A DNA stretch of 33,699 nucleotides from NCBI GenBank assembly GCA_003222455.1, contig QHWF01000003.1, positions 1 to 33,699 of the forward strand, read 5' to 3'. The position numbers and the translations under genes are program-made. Below the pieces are notes generated by a model that had not been told where the DNA came from, ran no database searches, and worked only from the letters and a program-made list of their open reading frames with translations. Origin of the DNA: Acidobacteriota bacterium. Its GTDB lineage: Bacteria > Acidobacteriota > Vicinamibacteria > Vicinamibacterales > CAVVIG01. Below are positions 17,336 through 24,140 of this stretch, piece after piece; position 1 is the stretch's first letter, and every line of letters begins with the position of its first letter.

Positions 17336-19396
17336 ATGTGCGGAATTGCTGGATTCGTCTCCGTTGACGGGCTCGATCGCGAGGCGGCGCCGCGCGCCGT
17401 CCGGATGCGCGACGTTCTCACACACCGCGGACCGGACGAGGCAGGTCTTCACATCGATCCCCACGCGGCCCTCGCACACCGGCGATTGAGCATCGTCGAT
17501 TTGAGCACCGGACAGCAGCCGACGTCGAACGAGGACGGCACTGTCTGGATCGTGTTCAACGGCGAAATTTACAACCACACCGACATCCGTCGCGACCTCG
17601 AGAGCCGCGGCCACCGCTACCGGAGCAGGAGCGATACGGAGACGATCGTCCACGCCTACGAACAGTGGGGCGACGAGTGCGTCCACCAACTCCGCGGCAT
17701 GTTTGCGTTTGCGATCTGGGATGCGCCGAAGCGCCGGCTGCTGCTCGTGCGCGATCGGCTGGGCATCAAGCCGCTGTACTGGTGCCGGGCCGGCGGCACG
17801 TTGCTGTTCGGCTCGGAAATCAAGGCCATCCTCACCAGCCGTCTGATCGACGCCGCGCCGAATATCGCCGTGCTGCCCGAAGTATTGAGCACACGCTTCA
17901 CGTCCGGCGCAGAGACGATGTTCCATGGCGTCTATAAGCTGCTGCCAGGCCACCGCCTCACGTTCCAGGATGGGCATGTTGGCATCAAGGAGTACTGGGA
18001 CGTGCCGGCGGGCCGCGGCGATTGGCGGCACGCCGTCTCCAGTAGCGCAGATCCTCAGAGCGAGAGCTCCGGCAAAGACGTTCAGAGCCGCGGCTCCCGT
18101 AGTGCAGGCCTTCAGGCCTGCCCGGACGTCGTGCGTCAGTTCCGCGGCCTGCTCGAAGAATCGGTCCGGCTTCGTCTCATGGCCGACGTTCCGCTGGGAA
18201 TGTTCCTGTCGGGCGGCATCGACAGCAGCGCCATCGCGGCGATCATGGCGCGGATGATCGATCGGCCGCTGCAGACATTCTCCGTGGCGTTCAGCGAGCG
18301 CGCCTTCAACGAGCTCGAGTACGCGCGCGAAGTGGCCCGCGCCATCGGGGCGGTGTCGCACGAGATCGTGATCGACGACCGCGATTTTTTCGGAGCGCTG
18401 CCGAAGCTCGTGTGGCACGAAGACGAGCCGATCGCGCACACGTCGAGCGTGCCGTTGTATTTCGTGTCGGCGCTCGCGCGCCAGCACGTCAAGGTGGTCC
18501 TGACCGGCGAAGGCAGCGACGAACTGCTTGCCGGCTACGGCAAGTATCTGCGGCTCGCGTGGAACTGGCGGGCCGGAACGATTTACGAGCGTCTCGTGCC
18601 GCCGGTTCTCCGCACGTCGATTGCGCGCGGCGTCGTCCCCCGGCTGCCGCGCAGGCTGGCGCGTTACGCGACGCGCAGCTTTCTGGCGATGGAGCGGACG
18701 CCCGAGTCGATGTTCTTCGACAACTTCGCGTCCATCAGGCTCAGTGATCAGCGGTGGTTGCTCGCGCCCGGCCTGCGTGACGGAGCAACGGGACCGCGGG
18801 CGTACGCCGCCTCGCGCGCGCACTTCGACAAACCGAACGGCACGCTCCTGGATCGCCTGTTGTATGCCGACATGAAAACGTATCTGGTGGAACTGCTCAT
18901 GAAGCAGGACCAGATGAGCATGGCGGCCTCGATCGAGAGCCGCGTTCCGTTCCTGGACCACAAGCTGGTCGAGTTTGCGGCGCAGCTGCCCGACGAATGG
19001 AAGCTGTCGGGACTGACCACCAAGCGGGTTCTGCGCGCGGCCATGAAAGGGTTGCTGCCGGAATCGATTCTCAACCGGCCGAAGATGGGCTTTCCGGTGC
19101 CGTTCGCCAAGTGGACACGGGGGCCGTGGAATGCCGTCGCGCGCGACGTGCTGCTGGACCGGCGCTCGCGCGAGCGCGGCATCATCGAGCCGGCAGCTGT
19201 CGATCGGCTGCTGCGCGATCACGCCGAACACCGCACCGATGGCGGGGATCGCATCTGGAGCCTGATGAACCTCGAGCTGTGGCATCGAACGTTCATCGAC
19301 AACGACGGCCCCCAGACGCTGCCGGCGCCGCCGCGCCTGCGCCCCAGCGCAGCGGCCGCGGACGTCGCGCTCCCGCCGCCTGGAGAAGCTGCGTAA
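17336..19396 (+). CDS. asnB: Asparagine synthase family amidotransferase, paralogue 3 (carries an extra ~25-aa insert)
   Basis: ORF 17045..19396 trimmed to ATG 17336 (MCGIAGFV), 2 nt after the previous stop. RGPDEAG, FLSGGIDSSAIA. 686 aa. Confidence 0.9.
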   Translation: MCGIAGFVSVDGLDREAAPRAVRMRDVLTHRGPDEAGLHIDPHAALAHRRLSIVDLSTGQQPTSNEDGTVWIVFNGEIYNHTDIRRDLESRGHRYRSRSDTETIVHAYEQWGDECVHQLRGMFAFAIWDAPKRRLLLVRDRLGIKPLYWCRAGGTLLFGSEIKAILTSRLIDAAPNIAVLPEVLSTRFTSGAETMFHGVYKLLPGHRLTFQDGHVGIKEYWDVPAGRGDWRHAVSSSADPQSESSGKDVQSRGSRSAGLQACPDVVRQFRGLLEESVRLRLMADVPLGMFLSGGIDSSAIAAIMARMIDRPLQTFSVAFSERAFNELEYAREVARAIGAVSHEIVIDDRDFFGALPKLVWHEDEPIAHTSSVPLYFVSALARQHVKVVLTGEGSDELLAGYGKYLRLAWNWRAGTIYERLVPPVLRTSIARGVVPRLPRRLARYATRSFLAMERTPESMFFDNFASIRLSDQRWLLAPGLRDGATGPRAYAASRAHFDKPNGTLLDRLLYADMKTYLVELLMKQDQMSMAASIESRVPFLDHKLVEFAAQLPDEWKLSGLTTKRVLRAAMKGLLPESILNRPKMGFPVPFAKWTRGPWNAVARDVLLDRRSRERGIIEPAAVDRLLRDHAEHRTDGGDRIWSLMNLELWHRTFIDNDGPQTLPAPPRLRPSAAAADVALPPPGEAA

Positions 19397-20640
19397 TGCG
19401 CGTGCTCTGGCTCAAGTCCGATTTGCTGCTGCCGCTCGACAAGGGGGGCAAGCTGCGCACCTGGCATCTGCTGCGTCATCTTGCGACGCGCCACGAGGTG
19501 ACGTATCTGGCGTTCGCAGAGCCGGACACGGAAATCGTCCCGCGATCCGATTCGCCCAAGGGATCCTGGCGTTTCTACGTCGACGCCGCGATCCATCTCT
19601 TCGATCCGCTGCCCTATGCCGTCGGGAAATACCGCTCGGCGGCGTTCAGGCGGCGGCTCAACGATCTCCTGCGTCAGCGCGCGTTTGACGTGATTGTTTG
19701 CGATTTCCTGTTTCCGGCCGTCAACCTTCCCCGCCGCCTTCCCTGCCCGGCGGTGATTTTCACCCACAACGTCGAGTCGGAAATCTGGCGCCGCTACGCA
19801 GAAACCAGGACGAGCCGGCGTTCCTATTGGCTCTATTCGATGCAGTACCGCCGGATGCTGCGCTACGAGGAACGAGCCCTTCGCCGGTTCGACAGCGTGC
19901 TCGCCGTTTCGAGCGCCGACCGCGACACCTTTGCCCGTATCTATCCGGACGCGATTCGACAGCCGGTTCACGTGGTGCCGACCGGCGTGGACACGCACTA
20001 CTTCACCACGTCTCCAAGCCAGACCGGCGCCCGCGAGCTCGTGTTCACCGGCTCCATGGATTGGCTCCCGAACGAAGACGCGATGCTCTTCTTCTGCCGC
20101 GACGTGCTGCCGCTCGTGCGGCGTGCGCCGACGCCGGCCGTGGCCAGGCTCCGCGAGCAGCAGGGCGTGCGCGTAACCGGACGCGTGGACGATATCCGGC
20201 CGTACGTGCGCGACGCGGCGGTCTACGTCGTGCCGCTTCGCATCGGCGGCGGCACGCGGTTGAAGATCTTCGAAGCCCTGGCCATGGGGAAAGCCGTGGT
20301 CTCCACCAGTGTCGGCGCCGAGGGGCTGCCAGTCACGGGGGGCGAGCACGTGATGGTGGCCGACAGTCCCGAGACGTTCGCGCGGGAAATCGTGCACCTG
20401 CTGCGCGACATCGATCACCGCCGTCGCCTCGAAACCGCGGCGCGCGCGCTCGTCGTCGAACGGTACGACTGGTCGGCGGTGGCAGGGAAATTGGAACAAG
20501 CCCTGGTGCGCATCACTGGCCAGACGCGTGGGTCCGCCGACGCAAGAGCGTCCGCGGGCCGCGACCCGTCGACCGAAGGGGCTCCATCCGCGTTGCCCGA
20601 CCTGCATGGTGCCGGCCGCGAGGCAACGCGTACCACATAG
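19396..20640 (+). CDS. GT4 sugar transferase resembling the PEP-CTERM/EpsH1-system-associated subfamily
   Basis: ORF trimmed to ATG 19396 (TAATG overlap with the asnB stop). N-terminus MRVLWLKSDLLLPLDKGGKLRTWHLLRHLATRHEVTYLAF matches my memory of the TIGR03087-type N-terminus. Also GGGTRLKIFEALAMGKAVVSTSVGAEGL. Confidence 0.75.
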   Translation: MRVLWLKSDLLLPLDKGGKLRTWHLLRHLATRHEVTYLAFAEPDTEIVPRSDSPKGSWRFYVDAAIHLFDPLPYAVGKYRSAAFRRRLNDLLRQRAFDVIVCDFLFPAVNLPRRLPCPAVIFTHNVESEIWRRYAETRTSRRSYWLYSMQYRRMLRYEERALRRFDSVLAVSSADRDTFARIYPDAIRQPVHVVPTGVDTHYFTTSPSQTGARELVFTGSMDWLPNEDAMLFFCRDVLPLVRRAPTPAVARLREQQGVRVTGRVDDIRPYVRDAAVYVVPLRIGGGTRLKIFEALAMGKAVVSTSVGAEGLPVTGGEHVMVADSPETFAREIVHLLRDIDHRRRLETAARALVVERYDWSAVAGKLEQALVRITGQTRGSADARASAGRDPSTEGAPSALPDLHGAGREATRTT

Positions 20641-20650
20641 GAATCACACA

Positions 20651-21967
20651 ATGCGAGTCTCTGTTTTCGGTCTCGGATATGTTGGCAGCGTCTCGGCGGC
20701 CTCGTTTGCCGCCGACGGCCATCAGGTCGTCGGCGTCGACGTGAATCCTGACAAGGTTGCCGCCGTCAAGGCCGGCCGTTGCCCGATCATCGAGCCGGGC
20801 CTCGACGATCTGCTGGCCAGCGGCGTCGCCGAGGGACGCCTGCGTGCCACGACCGACGCCGCCGAAGCGGTCGCCGACTCCGAGGTGTCGCTCCTCTGTG
20901 TCGGGACGCCGAGCCGCCGCAACGGCAGCCTGGATCTCAATTACCTGGAACGCGTCGCCAGCCAGGTGGGCGCCGCACTGAGGAACAAGTCGAGCTATCA
21001 CGTGGTGGTCGTCCGCAGCACGGTGCTGCCCGGGACGACGAACGAGCGCATCATTCCTCTGCTCGAGCACGAATCGGGGAAGGCGTACGGCGAAGGCTTC
21101 GGCGTATCGATCAACCCGGAGTTTCTCCGCGAGGGCACTGCGCTCAAGGATTTTCGCAAGCCGCCGCTCACGCTCGTCGGCCACAATCACGCCGCCGACG
21201 CCGGCGGTACGATCGCGTTGTATCAATCGATCGACGCGCCGCTCGTGACCACGAGCATTCGCGTGGCCGAAATGCTGAAGTACACCAGCAACGCATGGCA
21301 CGCGCTCAAAGTCTGCTTCGCCAATGAGATCGGCAACCTGTGCAAACGGCTCGGCGTGGACAGCCACGAGGTGATGGACATCTTCTGTCGCGACGAAACA
21401 CTGAACCTGTCCGCCTACTACCTCAAACCCGGATTCGCGTTTGGCGGATCCTGCCTGCCGAAGGACGTGCGCGCGCTGCAGTACCGCGCGAAAGAAGTGG
21501 ACGTGGAGCTGCCGGTCATCTCCCAGATTCTGACGAGCAACCGGCTGCAGATCCAGCACGCCTTCGACGAGGTGATGGAGACGGGCAGGAAGAAAATCGG
21601 TCTGCTCGGATTCAGCTTCAAGGCAGGATCCGACGACCTGCGGGAGAGCCCTTGCGCGATCCTGGCGGAAGCCCTGCTGGGCAAGGGGCTCTCGCTGCAG
21701 ATTTACGACAAGAACGTGTCGCTCGCGCGCCTGGTTGGCGCGAACAAGGAGTACATCGACCAGCAGATTCCGCATTTGTCGTCATTGCTGTGCGACTCCA
21801 TTGAACAGCTCGTTCAGCACTCCGAGGTCATCATCGTCGGCAACCAATCGGCTGAATTCGCAGACGCGCTGACCAGGACCACGCCCGATCAAATCGTGAT
21901 CGATCTCGTGCGGCTGCCGATTGCCGGATCGCAGGTGAACGCCGAGTACCGGGGTCTCTGCTGGTAG
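20651..21967 (+). CDS. algD: GDP-mannose 6-dehydrogenase (AlgD-like nucleotide-sugar dehydrogenase)
   Basis: ORF trimmed to ATG 20651. Collinear by eye with Pseudomonas AlgD along the whole length: MRVSVFGLGYVGSV...GVDV...PIIEPGL; CVGTPS; VVVRSTVLPGT; NPEFLREGTA; KPGFAFGGSCLPKDVRAL (catalytic Cys); SFKAGSDDLRESP; GANKEYI; C-terminal ...GLCW. Confidence 0.88.
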   Translation: MRVSVFGLGYVGSVSAASFAADGHQVVGVDVNPDKVAAVKAGRCPIIEPGLDDLLASGVAEGRLRATTDAAEAVADSEVSLLCVGTPSRRNGSLDLNYLERVASQVGAALRNKSSYHVVVVRSTVLPGTTNERIIPLLEHESGKAYGEGFGVSINPEFLREGTALKDFRKPPLTLVGHNHAADAGGTIALYQSIDAPLVTTSIRVAEMLKYTSNAWHALKVCFANEIGNLCKRLGVDSHEVMDIFCRDETLNLSAYYLKPGFAFGGSCLPKDVRALQYRAKEVDVELPVISQILTSNRLQIQHAFDEVMETGRKKIGLLGFSFKAGSDDLRESPCAILAEALLGKGLSLQIYDKNVSLARLVGANKEYIDQQIPHLSSLLCDSIEQLVQHSEVIIVGNQSAEFADALTRTTPDQIVIDLVRLPIAGSQVNAEYRGLCW

Positions 21968-21974
21968 TGTGTTA

Positions 21975-22077
<103 letters not shown>

Positions 22078-22905
22078 ATGCGCACGCTGCTCATCTGCCA
22101 TGACACTGCGCCTCTCGACCGCGAGGGACTGGCGCGCTGGCTTGGCTCGTTTTCGACGCTGGCCGGAACACTGGTCATTCGCGAGCCCCGCCGGCGGCTG
22201 ACAAAGCGGATCAGGCGTGAGCACGCACGTGTCGGCGTGTTCCGATTTCTCGACGTGCTCGCCTTCCGTCTCTTCTATCGAGTTGCACACGTGGCTGCGG
22301 ATCGCCGATGGGAACAGCGCGAGCTGGATCGATTGCGCCGATCGTTTCCTCGGCGTCCGGATGCGTCGGAGCTCGTGGTGTCGTCGCCCAACTCCGTCGA
22401 AGCAGAGACGTTCATCCGCGAACGCCGGCCCGACCTCGTTCTGGCCCGGTGCAAAACGCTGCTGAAGGAGCAGGTCTTCGCGATCCCGCCCCTCGGCACG
22501 TATGTGTTGCATCCGGGGATTTGCCCGGATTATCGCAACGCGCACGGCTGCTTCTGGGCCCGCGCCGTCGGGGACGATCAGAATATTGGAACGACCCTCC
22601 TTCGCATCGATACGGGAATCGACACCGGACCGGTATTCGGGTATTTCCGCGTCGATGCGCCGGCGGCGGAATCACACGTCGTGACGCAACACCGCGTCGT
22701 GCTCGATCACCTCGATGCGATTCGCGACAAACTGATCGACATCGCCGCCGGCAGAGCGGCACCAATCGACACCAGCACCCGGAAGTCCGCAGCCTGGGGA
22801 CAGCCGTGGCTCAGTGCCTACATCAAAATGCGCATGCGCCGGTCGCCGCGTTCGACCGTTGAATCCCGTATTGCCACCAACAGTCCGATCGACCTCGGGC
22901 ATTGA
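22078..22905 (+). CDS. Formyltransferase-fold (Formyl_trans_N-like) protein
   Basis: ATG 22078 is preferred over TTG 22063, which lies inside the repeat. PDLVLARCKTLLKEQVFAIPPLGTYVLHPGICPDYRNAHG...GTTLLRIDTGIDTGPVF resembles the HPSLLPxxRG / DxGxDTG core of Fmt/ArnA/PurN. Confidence 0.65.
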   Translation: MRTLLICHDTAPLDREGLARWLGSFSTLAGTLVIREPRRRLTKRIRREHARVGVFRFLDVLAFRLFYRVAHVAADRRWEQRELDRLRRSFPRRPDASELVVSSPNSVEAETFIRERRPDLVLARCKTLLKEQVFAIPPLGTYVLHPGICPDYRNAHGCFWARAVGDDQNIGTTLLRIDTGIDTGPVFGYFRVDAPAAESHVVTQHRVVLDHLDAIRDKLIDIAAGRAAPIDTSTRKSAAWGQPWLSAYIKMRMRRSPRSTVESRIATNSPIDLGH

Positions 22906-22950
22906 CCGTCGCAGCGGTACGAGCGTGTCCGAGTATCTGACGCCGCCCTG

Positions 22951-23020
22951 GAACGCAAAGGCCGCGAAGGCCGCTAAGAAAATACTGTGTTTCTTTGCGT
23001 CCTTTGCGGCCTCTGCGTTC
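22951..23020. repeat. 70-bp near-palindromic element, family B, copy 1 (inverted relative to copy 2)
   Basis: The reverse complement matches 33415-33484 at 68 of 70 positions (hand alignment). Arms are GAACGCAGAGGCCGC... Located 46 nt after the stop of the formyltransferase-like gene. Confidence 0.85.
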
Positions 23021-23040
23021 AATCGTGATGTTTCCTCTAG

Positions 23041-23922
23041 ATGGCGTCTGACGAATTGAGAGTTGAGACCGTGCCTGCGCTGATGTATCACGACGTCGTT
23101 CCCGCGGGCGCGGAGGATTCGAGCGGCTTCCTGGGACGCGATGCGGCCTTGTACAAGATCGCACCGGACATGTTCGACGCCCATCTCGCCGCAATTACCA
23201 GCCGGCTCGATGCCCGCGACCGGCGATACCGCTTCCGGCGCTCCAATGTTCCTTGCGGGCCGGCCGCCATGGCAGCCGAACCGGCTGCAATGGCTGATCC
23301 TCACGCCGCGGCGATCACCTTCGACGATGGTGGAGTCAGCGCCCTGGTGGCGGCCGACATGCTCGAACGGCACGGGATGCTCGGGCACTTCTTCGTCACC
23401 GTGAACTATCTGGGCACACCGGGCTTTCTGGCGGAGCGCGACGTGCGCGATCTGCGGAAGCGGCGCCACACGATTGGCAGCCACTCGTGTTCCCATCCGC
23501 TCCGCATGGGACACTGCTTGTGGACCCAGTTGCTCGACGAGTGGACGCGCAGCCGTGCCGTGCTCGCCGACGTGCTCGGGGAAGAGGTGACTGCCGCATC
23601 GGTTCCCGGTGGCGACTTCTCACCGGCCGTAGCCGAGGCGGCGGCCGCGGCGGGATACACCGAACTGTTCACATCCGAGCCGGTCCTCGCCTCGCGCGAC
23701 GCATATGGACTGACGATGCATGGCCGGTTCATCATCCGGCGGTGGACCACGCCGGCGACCGCGGCGGCTCTCGCGGCGGGCGACTGGCTGGCGTGCGCGC
23801 GGCAGCGCTTCTTGTGGAACGCGAAAAAGATCGGGAAACACCTTGGCGGCCGACGTTACCTCCAGCTTCGCCAATTGATCCTCGGGCACGGAAATGAAGT
23901 TCGCTGGGGCGATCAACCGTGA
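23041..23922 (+). CDS. Polysaccharide deacetylase (NodB homology / CE4) family protein
   Basis: ALMYHDV, ITFDDGGVS, FFVTVNYLG, IGSHSCSHP, and the later PGGDFSP segment. Confidence 0.8.
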   Translation: MASDELRVETVPALMYHDVVPAGAEDSSGFLGRDAALYKIAPDMFDAHLAAITSRLDARDRRYRFRRSNVPCGPAAMAAEPAAMADPHAAAITFDDGGVSALVAADMLERHGMLGHFFVTVNYLGTPGFLAERDVRDLRKRRHTIGSHSCSHPLRMGHCLWTQLLDEWTRSRAVLADVLGEEVTAASVPGGDFSPAVAEAAAAAGYTELFTSEPVLASRDAYGLTMHGRFIIRRWTTPATAAALAAGDWLACARQRFLWNAKKIGKHLGGRRYLQLRQLILGHGNEVRWGDQP

Positions 23923-23966
23923 AGTGTTCGATCGTCATTGCCACTTATAAACGCGCTCCAGTGCTG
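23919..23966 (+). pseudogene. 5' stump (about 16 codons) of a GT2 glycosyltransferase gene, truncated by repeat family A
   Basis: GTG 23919 overlaps the deacetylase stop (GTGA). It encodes (M)KCSIVIATYKRAPVL, a typical GT2 N-terminus. From about 23967 the ORF runs into AT-rich and repeat sequence with no GT2 similarity. Confidence 0.55.
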
Positions 23967-23988
23967 AGAGATCGGGAATATTTAAAAG

Positions 23989-24140
23989 AGGAGCAACGCA
24001 GTCAGCGGCCGGGGCCCCCACCGCGCGTTTTTCAGCGCGGTGGGGTGGAGCGGGGATGCATCGCCGGCCGAACGGGGTCCCCAGCGCGGCAGCCGCGCTG
24101 GGTGCCCCGAATGCAGCCGGAGTTTCATCACGGGCTGCTA
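23989..24140. repeat. GC-rich hairpin repeat, family A, copy 2
   Basis: GAGGAGCAACGCAG...GGGGCCCCCACCGCGCG-TTTTTCA-GCGCGGTGGGGTGGAGCGGGGATGCATCGCC...GCAGCCGGAGTTTCATCACGGGCTGCTA. Near-identical modules occur in 25622-25732. Its last bases supply the stop codon of the SpoIID gene. Confidence 0.8.

Noticed and set aside
22951-23020. Family B palindromes and the heptamer hairpins as classical Rho-independent terminators
   Set aside because: None is followed by a T/U-tract on the relevant strand. A terminator function is possible but cannot be asserted from sequence.
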